DNA of 64,000 nucleotides from Psilocybe cubensis (taxonomy: Eukaryota): NCBI GenBank assembly GCA_017499595.2, contig CM038998.1, positions 3,472,001 to 3,536,000 of the forward strand, written 5' to 3'. The notes under the pieces are model-generated. The model saw only the letters and a program-made list of their open reading frames with translations. It searched no databases and had not been told where the DNA came from. This document shows, in pieces, positions 12,712-25,929 of this stretch; the stretch's first letter is position 1, and each line of letters starts with the position of its first letter. The translations under genes and the position numbers were made by a program.

Positions 12712-12918
12712 TGTACAAAGAGAAGGTTCAATCTCGACCTGAGTTACGTTGATAACTGATACATTCTGTATTTATTTAATATGTTTGTACCAGTAGATCT
12801 AGAGAAATATTTCAGTCTACCAAGAGAAAAATGGGTATAGATGATGGTTGTTGCTCGGAAGGTATAATATTACAATTGTTGTATTGCAGCAAAGAAATTC
12901 ATGGATTTAAAAAGACTG

Positions 12919-15900
12919 CTATGATATTGGTTCGTCGTCATCGACAACAAAGCTTCCCAGGTCGTATCTATCCAGCTCGTCGTCTGGCGGTGGTGGTGAA
13001 CTGGAGGACAATTCCTGGTATCGTGGACCATTATTTCTTCCAAATGGTCGTGCGCGTATGGGGTTGTTAGCAAATATGGGCCCTCCATGTTCCCCTGGAA
13101 CCTGCGTAAGCAAGCTGCGACGGTATATCTGGCTCTGTTCGTATGATGGAGACATTTGAGTGGCGGGTGAGTTCTTTATGAACATTCGATCCGACTCGCT
13201 CTCCTCGTCGTCTTCGCTGTTAGAATCTCCTTCGCTGACATCATCACCAGAGTGAGCTGCTTCTCCATCAAACAATGCGTTCGCATTTCGACCAAGAATC
13301 GTGGGCTTTGCCCGTTTTGATTGGGCCTTTTCTTTCCCCTTAGTTTTTGGTTTCTGTCGAATTGGAGTGGACTCGACACGATGATGCAGACGACGATTGC
13401 CTCGAGGAGAAGTCTCTACGATCGGAGACTCGGGTTCATCAAAAATAATTCGACGTCTCTTCGCCTGATTTCCGACAGGACGTACAGGGAAGGATGATTC
13501 TGGTATTGTGGGAGACACCAGCAGTCGTTTTGGAACAGGAGGAGGGAGCATTGATGCTTTGCGCGTCGTCTGTGCAGGAGATGTTGAATGACTAGGCGGT
13601 GAAGACAGTATTTCCTTGGAGTGGATTGGCAACGCTTGGCTAGAGCGTTGCTGGGTTTTAGTGGGCCTTACTTGAGTTGAAGTTGATCCGAGGAATTGAA
13701 TAGAATCGTCTTCCAATGCTTCAAGTGGATCTGATGTTTCCACATACATGTCCTCGTCTCTAGGAATAGGATGCGATATCTCAATGGATTCGTCTCCGAT
13801 TTGCATTCGCTCGAGAGCAGGAGGGTTTTTTAGTTTGGGACGGATGGGAGAAGAATCGACGATCTCAAAATTAAGATTGTCGTCGTCTTCGTCAACTAAC
13901 CACGACATGTCTTGATTGTGTTCCTCGTCAGGATTTTCTTGAGGTGGACTGGGAACCTGGACTGCGTCATCGGGTGTGTTCTCCGGGGTTGAGCTGCGAT
14001 TTCGGGGGAGAAACCTTCTTCGGATGGGGGAGGCATGGCTTTCACCAGATTCATCGAAAAGCTCTATCACAGAATCATCTAGCCTTTTCATCCGCTTTGG
14101 CGATGGCTCAGGTGTTGGTGACATATTCACAGGGGCTTTCGACTGGGTATTTGATTTACCTTTATTTGTGAGCGAGATAATACCAGACTCAATGTCCATA
14201 TCATCTGAATCATCCATTCCTTGCTGTGAAAATTGACTTGAGGTTGGTATCTCCATCGTCTTCTTTTTTACTGGTTTCGAAGCCTTTGTGCCACCAAGTG
14301 TGGCTGCTTTCCTGAGCTTGCCCTTAGCTGCAGGCTTTTGAGCCTTTGAAGAACCTGGAATAGCAGACTGCGTTCGACGGGGAAGGGGAAGGATGCTACC
14401 TGATTCTAGTTCTTCGTCGGTCTCATCGTCTTTCCCAAGAGCGTCAAAGTCCTTCGGTAAGGTGACCTTTTTTGTCTTCTTGGCACCTTTGACCACAAGA
14501 TCTCGTACAGAAACAAAACCAGTGCTAGCGCCATCAGGTATATTTCTGCCCACATCATCGTTTCGCTTCCTCTTTGTCGCAGCAGTTTTCTTTGGAGACG
14601 CTTTCTTACGTCCGTCTTCTCTGACATATTGCTGTATCTCGACAACCTTTTCGATACACTCCGGTTTTATATGGTCCGGGATGAGACGCTCAACGTCTTC
14701 ATATAGCTCGTACAGTTGTCCTTTGTTGACCATTTTCTGCACCTCCTTATACATTGCTTCTGCCTTCTCAACATTGTTTTCTTCACGTCCTTCGGCTAGT
14801 AAGACGTGAATGAATCCAGCGCGTTTGCGACCTGTTCGCCCAAAACGTTGAATCTAGAGCTTTTTTAGGACAACAAAAACTGGAGAAAGAATCGAAAGTC
14901 GTACCATTCGAGTGGGTGTCTTATCAGTATCATAACACACGGTTACATCGATTTCACCGATGTCAAGACCCTCTTCACCAATAGACGTTGCAACCAAGAC
15001 ATTATAAACACCTTGTTTGAACTTCTTGATAACCTTTACCCAGAGATGTCAATAAAAACATAGATTGAAAGGTAAATTAGACGAACTTCAAGCTGCTCTT
15101 TTTGCTGAAGACCCTTTTTTCCCTGTTTATCAGTACCTTGACCGATAAACTCCGTTGCTCGAATAAGAGGACTCTCTTTATTCAATTCGTTCACCAGCTC
15201 CTGCACGACCCCACGATAGGAAGAGAAAACCATGACTTTACTGGTATCCTCTTCACCGTTGTTGTCGGCTAATTTTGAGCCAAAGTGCTGAATTAAAATA
15301 GTTTTCAACTTTTCAATTTTGGGGTGAATGCCCCAACCAGCCTGTCGTTGTGCCTCAACCTCCTTCATGAGTGCAACATATCCTGGGTCGTTTTTGAATC
15401 GTTTACTGCTATTATTCTGCCTCGCAGCTCCCGGGATGTCCTTGTCGACCTCAGTTCGTAGTTCATTGAGGAACAAATAACAGGTCTCGAACGAACCCGT
15501 TAGCTGTAGCACAAAGATACAAAAAAGCTGTCAATACATGTATGAAATAAAGTGTTATACCCTTACAAGATACATCATTACTCTGGCAAGTTTAGACAGA
15601 GCAGACAAAGCAGTGAAATGTTGAGGTCCCGATTCCGACATCAGGGCCTGTGGTCGGAATGGGTGCATAGAAATTGCAGATTCGTTGGGCCGAAGCACAT
15701 TGAATTTGATTAGTTGTTTAATATGAGGCTAAAGGACAATAAATAACCCATAAACACATGTATAAGATAGACACTAACATCCATAACTTTGACCAAAAGA
15801 TCTCTGATTTTCATAAGATCTTCATTGGGTTTGATTATATGAGTTACTACTGTCTGATTAGAACATATCAGGGCATGCCTTGCATGAATAAATAATCAAT

Positions 15901-17448
15901 TAAACTCGCCTTTTTAAAAAGATATTTCTGGAGGTCAACACTTTCTTCATTACGGAGTTCAATTCGACTGATGTGCAATCCATCAATTAATGTCTGAACA
16001 GCTTCAACAGTGTTACCAGGGGTAGCAGTTAAAGCAAGGACCCTGAAATGAGGATTTTTGGCCATCAAAAACCGGACAACTTGGTTGTAGGCATAGTCTC
16101 CACTGGCACGATGGGCCTCATCTATAAAATGGTCAGTCATACCGAAGATACAGCACAAATGATGAACTGCGGACCTATAACCAGCAAGACAATTTCTCTG
16201 TGATCGCAGTTTTGTTTCACCAAATCATTCATCAAAGTCTGAGGTGTCATGAAGAACACCCGTTTTTCTCTCCACTATAGGCTACATCAGATTCTAGCTC
16301 CATAGTAAAGATGCATACTCACATATCTAGCCCGTGTGGCAGCTGGAACCTCTCCATTCAATTCCGCGCTGTCAATGTTTGGTATACCACAGGTATCATG
16401 ACAAGCTTCGATCTGTTGAGTAACTAGAGGTTTGGTAGGTGCGACAAATATTATCTTCCCATCCGGAAACCATCGGTAGTCTAGACGGAGAGATTTATTA
16501 TACAATTCACTACAACTTTAATTACTCACAATTAAGCATCACAACACCTGCGATGAAAGTTTTACCCAACCCAGTTGGTAGAGCAACAAGAGTATTCTCG
16601 AAAAGGGAGTTTTTGACGATATTATATTGATAGTCTCTTTTCGGCCGGTTTATAGGGTATATCCAGTGCTTGGCTTCGAGAAGGTCGGCGGTCACCTTCA
16701 TGGGAGGGGGCTATGGCGAATTGATCAGCAAACACAACCGTCAAATGCAACAAGGCATACCGGTCTGATAAGTTAACCCATTAGTATTTAATAGTGATCA
16801 CAAATGAAGCTACAGCAATGCTTACCCGGCTTAAATTGGATGGTCAGCTCGAACACTTGCTAGATGAGAATGATACTTACCTGAGATAAACGGAGCAGGA
16901 AATTGCTCAAATTCGACATTCTCTTCGTCAGAGTCATGATTTTCCTTCCCTTTCCCTTTACTCTTCCTCGTGCCACTCTTTGCATATGCAGTCTGATCCC
17001 ACCTTTTCGTCTTCGGAGCCTGCTGTCCAAAGAGGCGCCGTTCTGTCTGAGGTTTCTCTGCCTGAGATCTTGAAGGCTTATTAGGATTAACGGATGACGA
17101 GGGCGGAAGAACATCTCCAAATAGCGTGGTTTGTAACATGTTTTTCGAAGACGTGCGTGCAATCTTGCTAGGTCCAGCAACAGGCTGTGCCTTCCCAGCG
17201 TACGAATCTTCGATGAACGTATCTAGTTTAGCCAAATCGGTCTCGTCGACATCAAATGTCAGGTCATAGAAGGACGAATCGGAAGATGATTTCCTGGAGG
17301 TTTTGGCAGGGGGAATAGGGGATGTAGAAATATGTTGCTGTTGTTCCGTTTTGCGAGGTGAAAAATGAGCTGCTTCAATAGCATCTAGCTGCTGCAGAGC
17401 AGACAAGTCGAGGTCGTCGTCGCCTTCAAAGTACCCATCCGAGCTCAT
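12919..17448 (-). CDS. MPH1: FANCM/Mph1 DEAH DNA helicase
   Basis: [65 protein letters not shown]; long disordered C-terminus ending [12 protein letters not shown]. Confidence 0.93.
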
Positions 17449-17802
17449 CTTGGTCGTCGATATAGAATAGGATAGAGACCAAAGGTGGATTAGAATCGCT
17501 AAACAAGTCGCGAAATGCGTGTAGGTTTGGCGGTGCCACCTTGACGCGACTTGATCATGTGATACAATTACATGGTCCATGCCGCCACGCTGAGGCTACG
17601 GAGCCTTGACACTTTCAGCAGTCTAACAGCAACTTCGAAGATCGACGACGAAGAAACAAATTCTTATTTTTCGCGCTGAGACAGTACTAACAGACATCAA
17701 AATACATTAAGTGAGTAAGTTGGACCACTCAACTGTTGCGGAAATCCTTGACTAAACCCATTCTTCACAGTAAAGCCAGGGGAAGGGTTTTATCGGTTAA
17801 TA

Positions 17803-19612
17803 ATGTCCTCCAGCACAATCGCTCGTTGGAACGCAATTCCCCTTGAACGTCCCAGGGATGCAGACTCAGGATCTACCAGTCTGAAGGTACTCACCTCAAC
17901 TTCGCTCCGTTGATGGCCTTGGTTACTACTGCTTCTCTCTTTTTCTTTATCCTCTCCAGCGCGGAAGGCCCGAGGACGATGGGGCTCCCGATGCCGATGA
18001 CGACGACGACGACGTCTCACTTGTCTCTCGCTCGCCGTCACCTGTCCCTCAAGATGCTATGGACGTGGATGATTCCCATCTCCATAAATATGACGAATAC
18101 ATCCGAGGTCCGGCTCGGGAAGTCATCACTGTTGAGACAAAGATTAAGCCCACCAACAAAGGGTTCGCTTTGCTCTCGAAATTCGGCTGGGTCGAAGGCC
18201 AGCCAGTAGGCTTATCTGGCGAAGGTACGCGAGATATTATTCAATTCTTTCAGGGTCACGGAGTCCTTCTCTAATATTTTACTCTAACTCAACTCTAACA
18301 GGGCGAACGGAGCCTATTCCATTCCATATCAAGTCTGATTTGACAGGACTTGGGAAAACAAGCCAGGATGTTCGGATGATTGAAGAAACTGTTTCGCAAA
18401 GGCGAGAACTCGATTCAGAACGCCAGCAGAAAGAAAGTGAAGAACAACGTAAACTTCGAGAGGTGCGCCACCGCAAAACATCGTTCTTGCGCTTCCTCAA
18501 AATTGAATCAATTTACATATGAAACTATCTGACAGGACTCGGTTGCCCGCAAGACTGCACTAGAATCCGAAATTTCGTCGACCCTGCGGCCATTCTATTG
18601 CACTCTATGCGACAAGCAATTCAAAAATGTCGCTCAGTACGACGAACACACCAACTCATACGCGCACCACCATAAAGCCCGCTTTAAAGACATGCAAGCT
18701 AGCGCCCGCCTTAAACCCAAAGAGGAAGTCGACAAACGTAAAGAAAAAGAACGTAAGCGAGAGGAAAAGGAACTTCGCAAAATAGCCGCCGCAAATGGAA
18801 TCAAGATGCCCAAGCCAGCAGCAACACCAGCCGCCATGGCGCTGGTAGCGCAACCCAGTCCATCAGCTGGTCCCAATGCAACCGCGAACAACATGGATAT
18901 CGATGGCATTCCCATATCCACCGACTCAAAACGGTCTAATTGGGCATCGTTTTCAGGCGACAGCCATCAGGGTAGTTCCCAGGGCAGCGCTGGCGGCTCC
19001 AATGGTGGTTTCAGCAAGTCGGGGTGGGCAACTGTCGGAGGCCCCTCTTCAAACTCCAGTACCGCTGCTTCTAGCCGATTTGGTCCGCCCACGGAGTCGC
19101 ATTTGTTTGGATTGTCAGTTTCTCAACCGGCGGGCGAACAAACGAGCACTCGATCAGGCCATAACCCCACTTTTCGAAACGCCGGCTGGACATCCCTGGA
19201 TACAGGTAACTCGCAGTCTCAGCCTCCCCGTCCTCCTCCTCCTCCAGCGCCCACAAGCAACTGGCATCCACAGGATCACGCGCCTCCACCACCCCCTCCG
19301 CCTGCGGAAGCCCCGCCACCGCCGCCTGAACTAGGACAACCTACAGGCTTCAGCTCCTCGTCGTCCGCGCAACAGTGGCAGAAGAGTTCATTCGCGCCGG
19401 TATCATCGTCGACGTATGCCCCTCCGCCTCCGCCTCAACCTCCTGCTCCTCCAAATTCATTCGCATCGCCGCCACCCCCTCCCCCTCCATCTGCGTCTTC
19501 AGCGCCGCCGCCGCCACCTCCTCCGTCACACTCTGTACCTCCTGCCGCGCCTTCCGAACCTAAACCCGTCCGCTCAAGCTGGCAACAGTTCCAAAAAGGT
19601 AGACGAAAGTAA
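17803..19612 (+). CDS. G-patch plus C2H2 (matrin-type) zinc-finger protein, GPATCH8-like, with Pro-rich C-terminus
   Basis: G-patch TNKGFALLSKFGWVEGQPVGLSGEGRTEPI..TGLG; finger FYCTLCDKQFKNVAQYDEHTNSYAHHH; probable 5' UTR intron ~17711-17770. Confidence 0.85.
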
Positions 19613-19682
19613 CAGAAATCCAGAATGACAGTTTCTCTTCATTGTCAATGGCAACTGCTCATGTTATACCCGCTCCTTATCT

Positions 19683-19716
19683 TACTGTACTGTACTGTAC
19701 CGTACCGTACCGTAAC
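19683..19716 (+). repeat. Pentanucleotide microsatellite (TACTG)3(TACCG)3 in the 3' flank of the G-patch gene
   Basis: tactgtactgtactgtaccgtaccgtaccgtaac read directly. Confidence 0.8.
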
Positions 19717-20767
19717 ATCGTGCTTTGCTATCTGATTCTGACCAGTTGTTCTCGACCTTGGAGTTAAAAACTATCTTGTTTTACTTATTACCTATATCCC
19801 ATTACATACGCTCAAACTCAATCGCCAAACTCTAAGAAGGTTCAAACTCAACCTCGAGGGTGTCACAATAAAATTTTAAAAAACAATATCGCAATATCGC
19901 CTAAGAAGAAAAATTGAATAAAAAGGAAAAAAAACTTTCGTTTCTAGAAATATTGTACCGGTGCAGTAAACCCCCTCCACAAGCCTCAAGGTTCAAGGTT
20001 CAAGCAAAGAATTACGATGCACGAGGTTTTAAAAAATACTATTCTCGACTACGTAATATTTACGCGAACAGTGAGAGGCGCCAGAGAGACAAGTGTGAAA
20101 AATGTGACCCAAACAAACCAAACCCAAAGTCGGATTGAAAAAGACGAGAAATGAGTAAGACGAAATTGAGGAGTAAAAAAAAAAGAGACGAAAGGACACG
20201 AAAAATAAAAGACAAAGAATCATTGAAGTACTAATTAGCTACAAGTGGTGAGGGGGATGAGTGGAAATAACGACTACGGGGCTACTACGTTTCACGAATA
20301 AAAAAAAGGGGGAGAAGTTCGTTCATATGCGCGAATGGGGAGGAGAGGGCAAAGGAGGAACTTTTTTGTTGTTGATGTCAAAGTAGGTTAAAAAATATGA
20401 CTTTTGTGGACAACATCGAGGATTCGGAAGCAAGCGTTGAGAGAGGAAGTTGGCGTTTGATGATGACAAGAATAAAACGAGTGACTGCGTCCCACGGACA
20501 GGATGGGACAGTTGGAGATTGGTTGACGACGACGAGACGCGACGGCGACGTGCAAAAACAAAGTAAAATGACCAAAGGAAAAAGAGTTACGGGATATATA
20601 ATACGTGTAAGGCAGAGAGAAAATGGTGATGCGAGGACCACAGAGCGGAAAAGGCAGAGTAGAGAACAACAAAGAAAGAAAGAACAGACAGCAGCTCGTA
20701 AAATTGAACAAACTGTCGGTTCTTCCCTCTTGTTAACAAACAAAAGGCACTACACAGCAAATGGCTT

Positions 20768-23363
20768 TTACTCTGAATCGCTCCCGGAGCTGTCCGAACC
20801 AGAGCTCGAGTCCGATGAATGGTCACTGTCCTCGTTTCGTCGCGCGGGCGCTGCGCTCGTCGTGCCGTGGCCTTCAAACAGTGCCATACGCTCCTCCAAC
20901 TGACGGATCTTCTCCGCCTCCTTCTCCTCGTCCATGCTCTTGCGCCGGAGCCCACCCGTGCCTGTGCCCTTGCCCGTGCGATTGCGCTTAGGTTGGGCTG
21001 GCTGGCGAATTGGTCGCAGGACGAAATTATAGAGCTTGGTGAGGACAGCCGCTGGTAGTTGATCAATCTCCAGCTCAATCTCCTCTGTGCTCTGTTGGGA
21101 TTGAAAACGATAGGTCAGGGCCGGTGTGTGCAAGGGCAAAGCAAATAACGGAATAGAACATGGAAAAGAAAAACACTTACGTCTCGAATCTCAGGGACAC
21201 CCTCGTGAATGATCTGGATGACGCGCTCTAGACGGGCGCCGTCGAGTTTGCCAATAGATTCACTAAGATCCTTCTTCTGCTCAAATGTCAGAACGTCGTC
21301 ATCGGTGACGTTCTTCTTGGACTTCTTCTTGCTAGTAGTAGGAGCAGGTGCCTTGGTCTGCTTGGGCGGAGGTTTTGAGGTCGAAGCAACAGGGGCCTTT
21401 TCCTTCTTCTTCTCCTTTTTCTTCTCCTTGGGCAGTTTGGCTGTCTTTAGCGATTCGATGTTGTTTTTCATCGTCTCGATTTGACTCTCCATCATGGCAA
21501 TCGCGCCTACATGATACAAAGTGAGATTTGAAAATTAAATCAAAATGAGACGCAAACATACGTCGACGCTCCTCATCCGAATCATCTTCATCCTCTTCCT
21601 CGTCATCACTTGGATCCTGAGATTGCAGTGGTGGCAGACCCTTCCACTTTTCATCGAACACCTTCTGCAACTCCTGTCCGGCGAGGTTGACCGGTGTACC
21701 CGACGGATTAAACGTGAAACAGTTGCGTATCATTAATTTGAAATCATCGTAAAAGTTCTGGGCGGTATCGTATTCACCGCCATCTAGCTTTTTGCGGATT
21801 GTCGACAAATCCATGGGCCGCTTGATGATTTTCGGATATGAAGGAATCTCAAGCTTCTGCCAGTCTAAATCACGTGATTATTTAGAACATCAAAGAAGAA
21901 TTAGACTTTTGGGAAAATTTTTTTTGGCTTACCGACAGGCTCGTAGAAGGGGTACGCGTAGCTGGCATGGGTCTTTCTGTTGAGCTCCTGAAGAATCTTG
22001 CCGCAGTACTTGAGCTGCTCTGCAGTTCCGTCCGGCCTGGTCCTCTTGCCTTTCCGGTTCTTCTTCGGCGCGTCGGCATAGGGTAAATCTTTCGGTGGCG
22101 GAGGATGGATTTCGCGCTTTGGGCGGCCGACGACTTCCGCGTCTGATCGTCTGATGACGGGAACAGAGGTTGAAGCTCGACGGGCGGCGGGAGCGGCCTT
22201 CTTGGTGGCAGGCGGGCCCATGACGGGGGTGGGAGGAGCTGGCGGCGTTGTAGCCTTGCGGGGAACTGGAGCGGGCTTGGGTGCAGGTTTCTATGCAAAA
22301 AAAAAATTGTTGAATGGAGCAATCAGTCAATGACACGAAAAAAAAACCAACCTCTATTCTAGGAGGTAGATGTTTGATAGACTTGTCGTATACTTCCTGA
22401 ACTGTCTTTGCCATTATGGAAACGATGTGATCAGGACCGTTGAAGGTGATTGCGTTCTGTACCATGAGACGGATGTCAGCGGAGACGTCCTCGGCGTCGT
22501 AGTAACGCGGGTTGTGCGGGTTGGGATCTGGCCTGCTGGGATTAGAGGCGGTGAGTTTGCGCTCAATGGTGGAAAGGTCCATTGGGTGCTTGATGATAGA
22601 GGGGTAGTGGGGGACATTGAGAGCGATGGGGTCGACGGGGCGCAAAAAGGGGGCGCCGTCCTTCATCTTCCTCAGAGTGCGAATGGAGGACACGAGATAG
22701 CGATACTGATGGGGGGTGATGGTGCACTCGCGCTTGGGGCCCGGGGCTGAGGTAGACGCTGCTGTGGGCGGGGGAACAGAAGAGGGGGGCGGCGGGGTGG
22801 GGGCATGGGATGCTGGAGGTGGAGTGGCGGACTTTAGACGAGCGACGGAGAGCTCTATCAGCACGCCTGGAACGGCGCACAGCGAGAAAAAAGATACGCA
22901 CATGAGTCATGGAAGCCATGTCCGCGTCGGAATGGACACGGGCGCGCTTGGCGGGGGGCTCGCCCTGCTCGGCGTCGCTATCGTCGTGGTAAGCACGGGC
23001 AGCGCCATTGGAGGAGCCATTGGGAGCGATAGAGGCCATAGAAAAGTCCTGGGCCAGACCTGGAGTGCTGGTGTCGCCCATGACGACGTCGGCAGTGCCG
23101 TGGATGGCGATGGGTGCTGTAGAAGCGGGTAAGACAAAGGGGATGTGGGGCGTGGGAGACGCACCATCGAGCTCCTTGACTGGGAGCGGCTCGTGGCGGA
23201 CATCGCTCTCCTGCTCGTAGTCGATGTCGATCTTGACATCGGGAGCGTGGGCGGAGTCGACGGGAGTCGCAGGGGAGTCTGTGGCCGGGGAAGGAGGGTT
23301 ATCATTGCGCGCGTGAAACACTGTGTCCGATATACCATTCGTGGTGTGACCCGAGAGCATCAT
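20768..23363 (-). CDS. BDF1: BET-family double-bromodomain plus ET-domain protein
   Basis: BD1 PFLRPVDP..HYPSIIKHPMDLSTI..NAITFN; BD2 PFYEPVD..PMDLSTI..NCFTFN; ET domain LTFEQKKDLSESIGKL..EIELEIDQL; terminal SDSE tail. Start could be 23378, 23363 or 23360. Confidence 0.93.
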
Positions 23364-23505
23364 GTATGTGACAGTCACCCGCGTGACAGTTGGGAAGGCA
23401 AGGGAAGATTTTTGGGGAGTTAGGGGGATCCCATGCTCGCTAGGTCTTTATAGCTCAGAGAATTTAAGGTTCAGATCTCCCGCGCTGGGGCCATCCTCCA
23501 TAACT

Positions 23506-23558
23506 GCCCGTCCCCCGCCCCTCCGTCCCCGCCCCCGCCCCGCCCCCGCCGCCCGCCC
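23506..23558 (-). repeat. G-run tract (GC-box array, potential G-quadruplex) in the WDR70-BDF1 spacer
   Basis: Minus strand reads GGGCGGGCGGCGGGGGCGGGGCGGGGGCGGGGACGGAGGGGCGGGGGACGGGC. Confidence 0.75.
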
Positions 23559-23563
23559 ATCTC

Positions 23564-25929
23564 TCATCTCTCCTCCTCGCCGCCCTCCTCGTCCTGCGCA
23601 AACACCGGCGTCGGCTGCGTCGCCCTCCACGCTGGCAAAACAAGGTTTCGGACATTCCCGCCACGTCAGCAGCCAAACACCACCACACACAGCAGCACGT
23701 GCTCACCTTTCGTCCATTGCGGATCCTTGTCGTCTGCATATTTCAGGAGCGCTTCCCGCGGCTAAGGGCTTGTCAGCATCACGCATGTCGTCCAGCACAG
23801 GTCTGTTACTCACGTCCACATCCCGCGTCGTGTCGCGCACTAGGTTCTGCACCACGTGCTGCGTCGCGCTCGCACCCACCCGCCCGCCCCTCCCCGGCCC
23901 AGTCACTGGCAGCTCCGGCCGCTTGCTCTTCCGCGGGTCCATCCGGTCCTTCTCCCGCTTCCGCTTCGTCCCCCGCCCCGCGTCCATGTCTCGGAACATC
24001 GGCAGCGCGTGCGGCGTCAGGATCGTCGGCGCAGTCAGCGCGTCAGACACGTCTTCAATCGTCACCCGTCGCGGCGGCCCCTTGCTCAACAGCAGCTTCG
24101 CCCCGTTCAACGACGTCGCCGGCGAGTACAGTACAACTATCTGGCCGTTCGACAGCCCTGTCACAATCTGTCAGGCAGCCCGCCACACACGGATCCATCC
24201 ATGAGCTCCGTGCATGCTACCAATTCATGACCCGAACAACTCACCTGATTGATCTTGCCGTGCCAAGCAACTTTCACTGGTGTCGCATCCACCGCCAGCG
24301 ACTTGACCTCCTCCAGCCCATCCTTGTTCAATATTACCAGTCGTCCTTGTCCCCCCTTGCTCGTCGCACCAGCCCCTGTGATCACATACTTGTCGTCCGG
24401 ACTGAACACCGCATTCGTCCCCGGATACAGTGTGTTCAGTCCAGACCGTACCGCAAGGGGTTTTTTGAACGCTCGGAGATCCCACACTGTGTGTCCCTAG
24501 TCAGCAATCATGATAAGCCAGTCCTATTCAAAACACTTGCATTTCACCGTGTCATCCCCGCCGCGCGTAAGGACCGTTTGTCTGTCCACTGAAAAAACCA
24601 GCGAGCCAGTCTCCGTCCCCTTTACGTGCGCATTCTCGATGGTCATGTTTGGCCTCACAAAATTCGAGTTTGTCTGCCACATGTGCAGTGCCCCATCGAG
24701 ACACGCTGCGAGCAATGCATGAGAACAACAATGGTATTTTTGAACAATACAAGCGCACCTCCTCCGATGAGGTTGCCATCAGGTGAATAATTGCACGCTG
24801 TGACTTTTGTTCTGGCGCCTCTGTCTTTGGACTTGACAACTATAACCGTCTTTTGTTTTCGCTTGTTCTCTACATCCCATATTCTGGGAAAATGTCTTTC
24901 AGTTATTCCCCTTGTTCCATCAAAACGGGAAATTAACTACTGACCTGATAGTAGAATCTGCCGAACTGGTGATAAACAATTTCGGGTCTTTAGGGTGCCA
25001 GGCACAGCATGTCAGTTCTCCAACATGTCCTCTAGAATTCGAATTCGGTAAGATGTAGTTCATCGCCACTCTAAATGATATAACGTACGAGGTGTTCTTC
25101 ATGTCACGAATATAAGGATCCCCCTTCACAAAGGTAGCCCTAGGCAGTCAGGAATTGGTATCACACGTTCAGAGCCGAAGCGGAATGTACGCACTGTTCT
25201 TCTCCATCACGGTCGAATATTTTGGCTTGCGTAGTTCCTGATAGACACAGGAACTTCGAACCATCATTGGAATACTTCAGGTCGTTAACCTACCAACCGC
25301 CGCACTTAGTTACGGCCTATTAAAGAGCAAAGACGAGTAAAAAAGAACGCTACACACGTAATAAGTCCCAGCAGGCTCCCAGCTCTTGAACGGTTTACAG
25401 CGCATGTCCATCCCTCCAAAGTCCCAGAGCTTGCAGTCGTAGTCATGCGAGCCCGATATGATTCGGGCACCAGAAGGATCTAGTGCCAGTGCTGAAACAA
25501 CTTTAGAATGATCTTTTAGCGAAATCTCATGAGTGATGGGGAACTGAGGCAGATCTTCGTCGTCGTCTTCTCCGTCTGACGGCTCGAACTCAGGTTCTTC
25601 GAGTTCATTTTGGCCATCCTTGGGAGGAGGCGCAGGGCCTTGCTCATCATCGTCGTCCTCCCTGTCACTATTTTGATTTTGACTGCGTTTGGGCTGTGAA
25701 AGGGAAGAAGTGCCGGGGGCAGGCCCTACAGCCGGCTTCTCCGCAGGCTTTACTGCTTTCTGCGGTAAAAGGGATATGGTTTAGAAACTCTTTGTAATAG
25801 CCAAAATTGAAATGAACCCACCTCCTCGCGCTTGTTCTTGTCAAACCGCGCAGGATCTAACTCCTTCTTCTGGGTGGTCTTACCAAACCCAGAAATGCCC
25901 ATGGCCGCAAAAACGTCCATGTCTGCCAT
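23564..25929 (-). CDS. WDR70: WD40 protein WDR70/Gad-1-like
   Basis: AMGISGFGK N-terminus, SGSHDYDCKLWDFGGMD, KGDPYIRDMKNT, TRGGDDTVKLWDLR, ILTPHALPMFR, PELPVTGPGRGGRVG, DPREALLKYA; last exon AWRATQPTPVF..ER-stop at 23564. Confidence 0.9.

Noticed and set aside
19914-20903. Several 64-168 aa ORFs between the G-patch gene and BDF1
   Set aside because: Products of the long U/C-rich BDF1 3' flank; compositionally biased and without domain features.
23362-24592. Long plus-strand ORFs (280 aa and 297 aa) and other overlapping ORFs at 22370-23423
   Set aside because: Antisense shadows of WDR70 and BDF1 in a GC-rich, stop-poor stretch; low-complexity Pro/Arg/Ala translations with no motifs.
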